Positions 28,650 to 39,381 of a DNA stretch of 64,000 nucleotides are shown in pieces (within the stretch, counting starts at the first letter, position 1; each line of letters begins with the position of its first letter). This DNA is from an uncultured virus (IMG/VR IMGVR_UViG_3300020531_000001) (lineage: Duplodnaviria; Heunggongvirae; Uroviricota; Caudoviricetes). The stretch lies in the IMG/VR virus record IMGVR_UViG_3300020531_000001, positions 62,001-126,000 of that record, one strand, 5' to 3'. The translations under genes and the position numbers were made by a program. The notes under the pieces were generated by a model. That model saw only the letters and a program-made list of their open reading frames with translations, did no database searches and was not told where the DNA came from.

Positions 28650-30766
28650 TTAGTTGATCTTCATCAAAGAAAGAAGTTTCAATGTGATTGGCTTTTCAGC
28701 AACATGGAAGAAGAAACCATATTCCAAAACCTCAATGTCGCCATCGACTTCGGCAAGAGAAATATAGTCATCGCCGTGATTATCAGCAACGAATGGGCCT
28801 TCGTCATCATAGCCGATAAAGTAAAGCGTATCGTTTAGATCGACAGCATAAGCGTCACCAAGTTCTTCGTGTAGTTGTTCAAGTGTGGTTGTTTGCATGT
28901 TGTTAGTAGTATAGTTTAGTTTCTTATTAGTGTATGGGAGTATCTCAAGTCTTCTTCGCTGTTGAAGGTGATGAAGTATTCAATTTCGGTCATATTAGGG
29001 TAGTTTGACATGGTATTAGTGGTGGTATTTGTATTAGAGGAGATTGTGATCAATGTAGTCTTGAATGGATGGAATGCTTTCCATGTATTGCTGCAGATCA
29101 GCAATAATATCATCTAGATTCTCGCGGTTGTGAGTGTGGGGGCAACCAAGGTTGTTGTTGACAAGCTTGAGGATTTGCTCTGCGATTTCTTCGTGGGTTG
29201 GGTAGTGTTTCATATTGTTGCTTATATGGCTTTAGTGTAGGTTAGGAGTTGGGGTTAGTCAAATTTTTTCTGCATCCAAGTCGATGCCGTCATAGTCAAC
29301 CCAGAAAGATCCTTCGATGTAGGAGCTTTCTTTGGGCAAAGGTCTTTCATCTTGTTCCGCGAGTTCAATCGCATCTTGCAATGATTCAGCTTCAATTTCC
29401 ATGTATCCGTAAGATTCCCAGACACAGGGGATTTTGTATGTTTTCATGTTGTTAGTAGTATAGTTTAGTTTCTTATTAGTCTACGAGAAACCTGCGCTTC
29501 CATTGTGATTCTTGCACTTGTTTATCAAGCCAAGATTGTTGTTGAAAGATGCGGATTCCATACACAGGTTTTTGTTTTGTAAAAAACAATGATATGATTT
29601 GGTCGAGTAGCTTCATGTTGTTATGATAGTTTAGTTTTTTATTATTACCTTGCATTTAGAGCATACACAAGTCGGTTGTTAATAATGACACCATCGGCTT
29701 TGTCAATATACTTTGTTCCATCAAAGAATCTTTCTTTTAGATATGGATTGTATCCTACGATTTGGTATTGATGTTGAGTGGGATCAAGTTCATTGGTAGG
29801 TTCTCCAATAATAAATGCGTGGACATTTTTCCTCTTTTGTTGCAACACTCTTTGTCTTCCTGCTTCACTCACCTTGAATGAAACATTCTTGAGATGTATT
29901 GCATCAACATGACGCATGACTTTCCACACGCCATTGACTTTCTCTTGAACACTCAAGCGTTTTTTATGTAGATTGTAGTAGACGCGAACATTCATAAGTT
30001 TATTGAGCTAGTTTTTGAAGGGCTTCAAGACAATCAAGGCGGGTCTTTTTTCCCGTGATTGCTTTGGCAGTTTTGAATACGAGATTGCGACTATGCCGCA
30101 TTCCCATGATTTCAAGTTTCAATCCGCTGATAAGGACACGCAAGCGGTATCCATCAATTTGTTCTTTAGTAGTTAGTATCATAGCGACCTCAGTATATTC
30201 TAGTTTTTTATTATTAAAATAAGGGCAGTTTTATGTCATACCCAGGACATTGCTACTACTACTTATGAAAGTTCCTCATAATCCTCTGTGCCAAGGATAT
30301 TGTTAGATTTTACGGTGAAACATTCGGGGCGATTTTCTTCTGGATTCAGTAGCTTTTTGCGCTCGCTTTCAGTAAGAAACTCAGCGAATGTTCCTTTATC
30401 GACCACTTGCCCATCGACATAATAAGTCGAAGATGGAAAGTGATTGTTGCCAGTTGAAGGATAAAGCCTGATATATTCAGCATCTTTATGCTCAATAACA
30501 TAGGGAAATTGTTTCCAATTACCCCATGGCAGACTTTGCACTTCCCCACGCTCGCCATTTTCAATGGCATCTTTGACGCTGGAAAGGTTAGCAAAGTTCA
30601 CGCCAGCACGAACAACAGCACTTGTCACTTTTTCAAGAATGACATTCTTATGAGCGGCGGCGGGTTTGGGATTGCTTTTCCAATAGGCTTTTACAAAAGA
30701 ACCTTTCGTGTTGAGGATCTTATTGATAACTTCAGTTGCGGTTAGTGATGCAGTATGTGTATTCAT
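28650..30766 (-). CDS. Cluster of hypothetical early genes (28650-28898, 29259-29447, 29645-29995, 30000-30182, 30263-30766)
   Basis: Most have their own promoter motif; 29645-29995 has VYYNLHK...FKVSEAGRQRVL..KRKNVHA. Confidence 0.7.
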
Positions 30767-30871
30767 AGCGACCTTAATATAATCTAGTTTCTTATTAGTG
30801 ACAGTGTATTGGGGTTTGGTAACGAAACAGATTTCATTACCAAAACCAATATATTCTAGTTTTTTATTAGT

Positions 30872-32389
30872 TTATTCAGCTTCTTTATTGCCACGAGTCG
30901 GGCAATCGGTGATATGAACAAGTTTGTTCTTTGCTCGCGTGATGGCAACATATGAGAGATTCTTTTCTTGTTCTTTCATCCAATCCAAAACCGCATACTT
31001 ACTTGGTTGAAATTGACTCATACCAAGGATATAACAGTTGTCAAATTCCAATCCTTTTGACTTGTGAATGCTTGACAGTGTGACTACATTCGGCTTTTTA
31101 TAGTCGTCATTATCACTGAACATATCACTGATAAGTTTTTGAAGAGATGCAACATCATGCTTGCCGAGGGTTTGGCATCGCTCAATGAGAATCATCATTG
31201 TATCAAATTTGTCTTCAAGCAGTGCAAGTTTTGCTTTACTAGCCTTTTCGCTTTCACGATCAAAATGCTTTTGAAGTCGAAGTGTAAACGTTGCCAAGTC
31301 TTTTACTTTCCACTTGCGAGTGAGTGTAATAAGGTTTTGACCAATGTCTTTTCCTTCGATTCTACAACCAATGCCTTCACGAATAAGCGCAAACGCAAGA
31401 GCAACAAGCGGGGAATTATTGCGACATATGATACCATCATTTTTATTAAGGTTTAATGACGGTGTAGATTTTACAAATTCATCATACTTAATTGAAGATA
31501 TTTCCCCGTCGTTGTTATTTTCAAATGCTTCAATGTCTGCTACATATTCTTTAGCAGCGGTGATAATATTCTTTCCGCAGCGATAGCAAACACTCAGCGG
31601 AAGTTCAACAGCGTCAAACATAGTTTTGATGAGTTCCATGCTATTGTTTTCAGCACCAGTAAACCCATAGATAGCTTGATTTGGATCACCAATAGCAATC
31701 AATCTACCACCTGGCTTAAGCATTTTCTTGAGCAAAAGCTTTCTACAAACATTGGTATCTTGTGCTTCATCAACAATAATCCAATCATATTGTATCATAT
31801 CAACATCAAAAAGCAATGGGAAATAAAGCATATCACTGAAATCAATGCTTTTGACATCACGGTTATTAAGATCCAGTACCTTTTGGCATACATCAATAAT
31901 CGTTTCCAAGCTCACATCAGCATCAATATCAATATCATTATGCTGAATAATATTGACCCAAGCATTGATATCATCAACAGTGTTGCAACCAGAAACACCA
32001 AAACCGTATTCTTTTGCAAAGCGAACCATATCCATGATTGCTTTACGACACTTCATAAGTTCCCCTTCTTGAGTGAAATACTCAACAAAGTTATAAACCT
32101 TGGAGTTATTAACACTCATTTTGCCTTTTGCTTTGGCAAGACTTTTCAATGATTCACTATGAAAAGTAGCAGCACTTGCATTGGGATAACCCATAGTAAC
32201 AAGACGATTTTGCAATTCAGTTGCAATTTTCTTGTTGAAAGCAAGCATCAAAACATCACCGCTCATACGATCAACAGCATTGATAGCAGTAGTAGTTTTA
32301 CCACTTCCCGCTTTAGCATTGACAATCGCATTGCCAGTTCCTTCAGATACCCATTTATATATATTTTCTTGATAAGTAGATGCAAACAT
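30872..32389 (-). CDS. Superfamily 1 (UvrD/Rep-like) helicase
   Basis: AKAGSGKTT, LAFNK, VDEAQD, GDPNQAIYGF, CYRC, SIHKSKGLEF, YVAITRAK. Confidence 0.92.
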   Translation of the reverse strand: MFASTYQENIYKWVSEGTGNAIVNAKAGSGKTTTAINAVDRMSGDVLMLAFNKKIATELQNRLVTMGYPNASAATFHSESLKSLAKAKGKMSVNNSKVYNFVEYFTQEGELMKCRKAIMDMVRFAKEYGFGVSGCNTVDDINAWVNIIQHNDIDIDADVSLETIIDVCQKVLDLNNRDVKSIDFSDMLYFPLLFDVDMIQYDWIIVDEAQDTNVCRKLLLKKMLKPGGRLIAIGDPNQAIYGFTGAENNSMELIKTMFDAVELPLSVCYRCGKNIITAAKEYVADIEAFENNNDGEISSIKYDEFVKSTPSLNLNKNDGIICRNNSPLVALAFALIREGIGCRIEGKDIGQNLITLTRKWKVKDLATFTLRLQKHFDRESEKASKAKLALLEDKFDTMMILIERCQTLGKHDVASLQKLISDMFSDNDDYKKPNVVTLSSIHKSKGLEFDNCYILGMSQFQPSKYAVLDWMKEQEKNLSYVAITRAKNKLVHITDCPTRGNKEAE

Positions 32390-32457
32390 GTGACAGCAGT
32401 ATATTCTAGTTTTTTAGTAGTCTTTTTTCTACAATTCTAGTTTTTTAGTAGTGGATA

Positions 32458-33156
32458 TTACTCTGGATTCACAACAAATCCCGTATCATCTTTCTTGGCT
32501 TTGCCTTTATCAACAAGACCAACAACACAATTACTAGGATCAAGAAAGCGAAGATCATTGGTATCACCATCAACAACAACCTTATTCTTGTAAGTAGCAG
32601 GAAGTTTTTTGCGAAAAACAACAGCAACATTGCCACCCATACTCATAATAAGATCAGTATGAGATTCATTGCTTTCACTACGAGAGAAAGTAAGATGATA
32701 ATTCTTTGGAAAATTACCATTAACAAACTCAATCATACGCTTTACATTCTTGGTATAATCATAAAATACAACATCGGGAAAGTGTTGCATCATATTCTTG
32801 CCTTGAAACAAGACATTTTCCCAAGGAATATCACTTGTAAGATTGAATCTAAAGCAAGGAATCATATCATTCTTCTTTGCTTTTTTAACAGCACTTTGAA
32901 TTTCTTTATACAATTTAAGCAAGAAATCTTGTTTATCATTAAAGAAATACTTGGTTTTATTGATACGAGATTGTTGAACATTTGAATAAACACCCATGCC
33001 AGCGGTATTAAGACAAGCAGCCGCACAACCTATTGATGCAAATTGACAAGTGTTATAACCAGACAATTTAGCAGGAGCTAAATGAATACCATTTGAATAA
33101 TAACCAAATGATTCACCTTTTTTGATTTTTGTATTTGCAGTAGTGAGTAGTTTCAT
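32458..33156 (-). CDS. Gp88-family phage protein
   Basis: LAPA...C..AS.GC..ACL, RFNLTSDIPWE, FYDYTK, YHLTFSRSE, DGD..DLRFLD. Confidence 0.8.
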   Translation of the reverse strand: MKLLTTANTKIKKGESFGYYSNGIHLAPAKLSGYNTCQFASIGCAAACLNTAGMGVYSNVQQSRINKTKYFFNDKQDFLLKLYKEIQSAVKKAKKNDMIPCFRFNLTSDIPWENVLFQGKNMMQHFPDVVFYDYTKNVKRMIEFVNGNFPKNYHLTFSRSESNESHTDLIMSMGGNVAVVFRKKLPATYKNKVVVDGDTNDLRFLDPSNCVVGLVDKGKAKKDDTGFVVNPE

Positions 33157-33951
33157 AGCGACAACAATATAATCTAGTTTTTTATTAGTTTCGATTCAAT
33201 CGTGATGATGAATATCAATAAAACAATATGATGATTTATTGATATTGATTTCAATCATGCGAAATCATTATGATCTAGTTTCTTATTAGTTTTTATATCT
33301 TTTTCTATATTGATATATAAACTTATATCTTCAACTATGATAATCTAGTTTTTTATTAGTCTTTTTATCCTTTCTACTATCTGTTTATCTTTGTTTTATT
33401 TTTTTAATTATTATTGTCTTTATCATTGATAAAATTTGCTATATCATTATTAGTTACGCTACGCGACATGTTTTATTCCGTAACTCATTGATAATCAATG
33501 ATTTTGTTTTTTTGGATACAGATCGTTGGATATATATTATATTGTGTTTATCTGGCGTATTTTGTTGATATATATCGTGTGTGTATCTGTGTGTGCTTGT
33601 GTGTATCTATGTGTATTTTGATACATTTTATGCGTATTTTGATATTGTTTTAGTATATTTTGGTGTATTTATACGCTATTTTTGTTTGTTTTTGATCCTC
33701 ATTTCCTTTATGAGTTGATCGTATTCCCCGCTTCTGTATTGTTTTAAGATGATATCCACTGCAATGCAACAGGCTTTAAAATTATTTTTTTGGGTATTGT
33801 TTGATTGTTTCATGTGTGTGTTGTTGTTATTGTGTGTATGCTTATTCACTAGCCATTATGCGTTTTATCAAATTTACATGTTTATATCAGATAAACAAAG
33901 TTGTGATATTTACAAAGTTATAATGGTGACATTATTGTATTGATACCAATG

Positions 33952-35137
33952 TCAATGAACTGATATGTTATTGTCTATTTTTATTTTAGAATTTGGAAAA
34001 GTCCAACACTCTTTTGTATCGTTTATAAAACAAACCCAGTGTAAGTCATGTTCTTGGGAATAATCAATTACCAGATGTGCATATCCTTTTCCTTTGGGTG
34101 TTGTTACTGGTATTGTTGGGTTTAATTGTAATATCATAAGTTACATTTGTTTTTATAATTTATATTTGAATGTCTTACCATCTATGATATTGTCTTGTAC
34201 CAATATATCAAGTGCCAAGGATTTATCTAGGATTTCGTAGGGATTATCTTTTGATTCCAACAACATATTGTTTCCTATCTTGTCGTTGATTACAGGATGG
34301 ATTGTTATGTTTTGTATGTTTATTGTTTTGTCTTGCAGTAATGTGAACGTTATGTGTGCTAGATGAACATCTGCGTCTTCTTCGCTGGTTATCAATGATC
34401 GATGAATGTACTGCATATTTGATGTTTTGTTGTATCAAAGTTTGTTACTTTTTAATCTCTAGGATTTCCACCTTCACGATCTTGCGTGAGATTTCGTTGT
34501 GGAATACATAATCAGATCCCACATAATAATCATCTACAATCTGTTGGATTGATTTATCTACCAGCATTACTAAAAGAACATTAAAGCCAGTAGTGAAGCG
34601 ATCACCGTCTTCAATTGTGATATTCAGTGTAACTGTGATATATTCGCGTCTACTACAATCTTCATAAAAAACGCTTGAGTGTTCGTTGGTCATATTGTTA
34701 TTGTATCAGAGTTTTATTACCAGTGGGTGTATTCTTTGATGATACCCTCTTCATTCAGATAGCGAGCACACACATAAGTCTGAACGCAACTATCATCACA
34801 TGTCTCGAAAACATGAAACTTATCTTGCAACTCATACACAGCTTCGAGATACAATCTGCATGCTTCTTTTGCAGAGTCTAAGTTAGGATGAACATCATTA
34901 GGTGGCATAGTCATACTCTTATTGTATTAGTGTTCCTTAGTCCAATTCGTAGGTATCAACCTCGATGCCGATCTTACTTAGCTCGTGTACAGCGTGATTG
35001 CGATACCATTCTTGATTCCAAAGCATCTCAAGACCTCCTTTTTTGAAGTCGTCTGGAAGAAGAAGGGATGTCATCTCACTAGCTTTGATAAAGTCTTCTT
35101 CGCTGTTGAAGGTGATGAAGTATTCCATTTCGGTCAT
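33952..35137 (-). CDS. Cluster of five small hypothetical genes
   Basis: 33952-34137, 34153-34416, 34445-34693, 34717-34914, 34937-35137; several preceded by the second motif AAGGAACACTGA-TACAAT. Confidence 0.65.
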
Positions 35138-35300
35138 ATTATTATTGTATCAGTGTTCCTTGTTTATTTCCTTCTTACCATCCTTACGCACACGCTTATT
35201 CTGTATGCGTTTATAGTATTTGCGTAGATGCTTCCACCATTGAACGGTCTTGACACCGCCTTTACTCTTTGATGAACTACTCATTTGTTTATTGATAAAA

Positions 35301-35909
35301 TTAACTGACGGTTTGTTGTTCTAGTTGTTTGAGTTTGTTTTTCAAGCTGTTTAATTTGTTTTCAATCGAGCTGTTTTTATTTTCAACGAGTCGTATCATT
35401 GATCTACAGCATTTACAAAACTGATAGTATGATGGTTTTGGATTGTTGCCTTGATATTTCAAGGAGTTTTGAATACGATTATGACTGGTGGTTTTGACGC
35501 GAATAATCCTTGAACAATCGCATGTGTATTCGTATGTGTTTTGTCGTTTGGTTTTGGTAACACTGGTGTCATAGCTGTGGCAACGAATCGGTTCAGCATT
35601 GAAAACCTTTATCATAACATATTTCCATTCTTTGCCATGACTCTTTACAAAACTACCAAACACCATTCTCTGAATATAATGAGCCATTTCATGAACAACA
35701 ATCTCATGAAAGGTTTGTTTGTTATGCTCTGCCAAGTCAAGTTGGAACATCAATTCTCTGATTGATTGATTAAAAGACACAAGACAAGTTCCTGCTGTTG
35801 TGCCGTTTCTTTTAAAGATGATGTTGGTGGGTCTTGGAAAAACCCTGTTAAAGAATTTTTCAGCAATGAGGAAACATTCTTCAACCTTTTGTAGTATGGT
35901 GTCTTGCAT
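35301..35909 (-). CDS. SprT-like metalloprotease
   Basis: TTAG, HEMAH, HGKEWK, YTCDC...CKCC. Confidence 0.88.
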   Translation of the reverse strand: MQDTILQKVEECFLIAEKFFNRVFPRPTNIIFKRNGTTAGTCLVSFNQSIRELMFQLDLAEHNKQTFHEIVVHEMAHYIQRMVFGSFVKSHGKEWKYVMIKVFNAEPIRCHSYDTSVTKTKRQNTYEYTCDCSRIIRVKTTSHNRIQNSLKYQGNNPKPSYYQFCKCCRSMIRLVENKNSSIENKLNSLKNKLKQLEQQTVS

Positions 35910-36013
35910 GACAACAGTATATTTTAGTTTTTTATTAGTTTCTTGAAATCCATCAAACGATGAAATGAATCTACAATCCTTTTATAAAAAAAACAATTTG
36001 ACTAAATAATACT

Positions 36014-36319
36014 ATGACTACAAAAGATCAATATAATTTAGCTAACTTGTATAAGGAATCATACGAAAATGATGACATTTCATTTGATGCTGATTTATCC
36101 GATGTTAATTTAACTTACAATGATGAAGAATCTGCACTTATTGAAAAATATGGCAAATTGGGAGAAAAGCTTGTAAATTACTTTCATGCACTTGAAAATG
36201 CACTTAAAAATCCCATGACTAATTTTGCAACTATTCAACACTTAACGGATAAAATCAATTCCATGCAACATGGTATGCGTATGGTAGATAGTAGAAACAA
36301 AGTTGATAGACATTCATAA
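36014..36319 (+). CDS. Late protein with shared leader, on the opposite strand within the early region
   Basis: TAAATA at 36003; MTTKDQYNLANLYKES. Confidence 0.65.
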   Translation: MTTKDQYNLANLYKESYENDDISFDADLSDVNLTYNDEESALIEKYGKLGEKLVNYFHALENALKNPMTNFATIQHLTDKINSMQHGMRMVDSRNKVDRHS

Positions 36320-36329
36320 ATTTTTAAAG

Positions 36330-37110
36330 TTATCCAATTAAGATTGCTTTACAATCGCTTTCTTCCTCCTCTTCAACAATCTCATGGTTGCCATAATACC
36401 ATTCACTATTTACTCCTAGCTTTATAGACTCTTCTCTACATACAGAACACGCATTTACTCCTCCTTCATATCCATTAACAACAACCATTGTTTCTGGATC
36501 GTATTCTTGAAGTTTTTCAATTAATTGTTTGACTTTCATCTTCAATTAAAAAAGAAAGGAAACGATTGTTTGACTAGGGAAAGAGTCAATTCTTCACAGA
36601 TCAACCATTTGATAAGAACGATTGGGTAAAAGATGGCATCAATGATTCCCCAGAATAGACTATTGTTGTTTAGGTTATATCCCAGTACACCAACGATGTA
36701 AGCCAAGACATAACTATAATTAGAACGGTAATGATAAGTTTTGTTCATATTAAAAAAGATTAATAATTGCTTTAATGATGGTTACGAAAACCATTGTTAA
36801 GCACACTCCCATAAAGAGTGTGCAAAGAATTAGGATTGGTGTTGAATCAAAGTTTTTCATTTAAAAATGTTTCTATTTCTTCGAAAAATTCACCATCCCA
36901 TTCACGATTTTTATTGATGGTTTCAAATTCATCTGTTAAGTCTTCAGCAAGTTCATAAAGACCACCGTGTCCTTTTTCTTTAATAGTCTTTTCCAACAAT
37001 TCACTGTGGTCTATTTCATGCGTATGCATCGCATGTGCAACAGTGATTGCCGCAACTACTTCATAATGAGTCTCTTGCCAAGATGCAAATCCGTTTGGGA
37101 AATTTTTCAT
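36330..37110 (-). CDS. Small hypothetical genes (36330-36545, 36542-36748, 36847-37110)
   Basis: Co-oriented ORFs from the track. Confidence 0.6.
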
Positions 37111-37206
37111 AAATGTAATTTAGATGAGATGATTGTATTTTAGTTTTTTATTAGAATTTTTTTATAAAAGATTATGAATCTATTCATAATATGGATAAAT
37201 AATAAT

Positions 37207-37566
37207 ATGAAATGTTTAATTTGTGAGAAATCATTAGAGGGAAGACAGAAAAAATTTTGTAGTAGTAAATGTAAAAGTATGTTAGCTAATAATAAATTGC
37301 AAAATTATCAAGCACAGCAAACAAGGGGCAAGATAAGAAAAAAAAAGTTAATCGAAATGAAAGGAGGCTGTTGTGAAAAATGCGGTTATAATAAAAGTTT
37401 AGCAGCATTGTCTTTTCATCATTTGAATCCAAATCTTAAAAAATTTCATTTAGATATTAGAAATCTTTCCAATAGGAAGTGGGAAATGATTATTGAAGAA
37501 TTTAATGAATGTGAATTGTTGTGTTTTAATTGTCATATGGAATTACATCATGGTTGCGAATGGTAG
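37207..37566 (+). CDS. HNH homing endonuclease
   Basis: CLIC...FCSSKC; GGCCEKCGY, LSFHHLNP, CELLCFNCHMELH; TAAATA at 37196. Confidence 0.85.
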   Translation: MKCLICEKSLEGRQKKFCSSKCKSMLANNKLQNYQAQQTRGKIRKKKLIEMKGGCCEKCGYNKSLAALSFHHLNPNLKKFHLDIRNLSNRKWEMIIEEFNECELLCFNCHMELHHGCEW

Positions 37567-37843
37567 GGGTGGAGGGATTCGAACCCCCACTCAATCGATT
37601 ATGCTTACCACTATAGTTTTCACTACCCTTTCGGTTTGTGGTCTGGACTATCCCTTAATCTTCAGCATTACCTGTTAAGACTGAACTATTATAGTCTCTG
37701 CACGTCTCTCTTTCGAGATTTCGCTCAAGATTGGCATCAGCATTACCTGTTAAGCGTTCCTTGAATTTAAGTTCTGCTAACTTATTATTTCTAACAAGAA
37801 GACCCGTTAAAGTCGACTGCTTTGACCATTAAGCTACACCCCT
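37561..37843 (-). tRNA. tRNA-Ile2(CAU) interrupted by a group I intron after U33
   Basis: Spliced: AGGGGTGTAGCTTAATGGTCAAAGCAGTCGACT|CATAATCGATTGAGTGGGGGTTCGAATCCCTCCACCCCTACCA; anticodon arm resembles bacterial ileX. Confidence 0.85.
37604..37810 (-). mobile_element. Group I intron (207 nt, no ORF)
   Basis: P1 GACU/GGUC with U.G pair; AAATTCAAGGAA; GCAGAGACTA; AAGGGATAGTCC; terminal G. Confidence 0.88.
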
Positions 37844-37896
37844 TTATATAAAATTGAACAGCCTTTTATTGACTTGCTTAGGTCAGATTGCCGATA

Positions 37897-38070
37897 TTAT
37901 CGGAGTCTGTATTGATTTGTTTCGATGTTGACATCGACAAGATTGCGCTTTTCAAGAGCAAGAATAATGCGCTTGGCGTTCTTATCAAAAGAATGCCATC
38001 CATCAATCTTACTGATGAATGCAAACGCTTCTCTTTGATGTTTGCCCATCTTTTTAATGTTTGTTTCCAT
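37897..38070 (-). CDS. 57-aa hypothetical protein (below cutoff)
   Basis: METNIKKMGKHQREAF...NQYRLR*; TTGACA promoter near 38150. Confidence 0.6.
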   Translation of the reverse strand: METNIKKMGKHQREAFAFISKIDGWHSFDKNAKRIILALEKRNLVDVNIETNQYRLR

Positions 38071-38187
38071 ATTATTGCGTTTTTTGCTGTTATCGGTGAA
38101 TCATCATCACCGCCGACTAATTTAAGATACCAACAATTTTCACTTTGTCAACATCTTGTCCCATAAGATAATCTAGTTTTTTATTAA

Positions 38188-39101
38188 TTATTCTGAAAAC
38201 ATGCTGTTGTCGTTTTCGTATTCATCGGAAGAAAAAGTCTTTCTTAAAACTATTTCTGTAATATATTTGTCACACAGATGATTGATATAATCATCAAATT
38301 CTTTATCATTCAGAAAACCAACAGCCACATGCCCATTGGCAAGCATAACTTTTTCTATTGGTTTTTTATTATACATTATATAAACTTTTTATCAAGCGAA
38401 TTCTACTTCGATTTCGTGTCCTGTTTCTGATTTGGTTTGTCCATCTAGAACAAGATAGATTGCGGCGTGGTATTTATCTTCATCAATATCATAGAAAAAG
38501 TTTAAATCAACAAATTCATTTATTACATGCCACTCATCTTCTTCATGAGCGCGTTTAATTGTATACTGACCTTCTTGTGTGTCAAGAATAAGTTCTTGTT
38601 CTTTGACAATAAGTTTCATTTGTTTCTTTATTAGATGTGTTTAAGAACTTTTCCTACCATTCGAATAGCAACGATGAATTTTACCATCATCACCCGTTTT
38701 AAATAAAATCCATTCTCCTTTATTATGTTTTTGTTTAAGATAGTCTTTAACCCATTTAGGAAAATCTGTAAAACTATCAGCAGTCTTTATTTTATGTTCA
38801 AATGGAGTAGCGATAATACAAACATACCTAGCGGGTTTCATTTGTTTCTGTATTTACGGAGAAGTTGCTCGTCTGTCATGCGGGTAGTCAAGAATGTCTG
38901 GTGGAAAGTGACAGGGATGTTGCCATACTCACCATCATCATGGATAAGAGTGTCGCCATTGTAGATATCAAAATCTGCACCCCAATAACTTTCATTAATA
39001 ACTACTGGTGGGAATCTCTCACCATCAATATTTGAGGTGATATTATGCTCAATGACTACTCGTCTTTTAGGATTAAAAAGATTAAAAATATTAAAAAACA
39101 T
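38188..39101 (-). CDS. Four small hypothetical genes
   Basis: 38188-38376, 38392-38619, 38641-38841, 38838-39101. Confidence 0.55.
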
Positions 39102-39299
39102 ATTATTAGTATTGGTTGTTGTGTTTATCCATGATAGCGTTGAACCTCTCTTGAAATATATTTGAGGAATCATCAAATAGACTAATATCGGGTTTGAGTG
39201 AATTGATTGTTACTTGAGTGAGTTCTGAAAGATCCCGAATAGTTGCGAGCAATTGCTCAATTGTTTGTTCCACAGTATCCATATTATTTATTATTAGAT

Positions 39300-39374
39300 T
39301 GGTAGGCCGTGATGGAATCGAACCATCGACTAAAAATTAGAAATTTCTTGTTATATCCCCTTAACTAACGGCCC
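39300..39374 (-). tRNA. tRNA-Arg(UCU)
   Basis: GGGCCGT acceptor; AGAAA-TTTCTAA-TTTTT anticodon arm; GGTTCGATTCC; CCA. Confidence 0.85.
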
Positions 39375-39381
39375 AAAATTA

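Noticed and set aside
23975..33360. Repeated motif as a CRISPR array
   Set aside because: Copies are degenerate, irregularly spaced (tens to over 1500 bp) and separated by whole genes; no cas genes seen
33749..33943. 64-aa hydrophobic plus-strand ORF
   Set aside because: Arises from T/G-rich low-complexity DNA, opposite to local transcription, with no promoter signal
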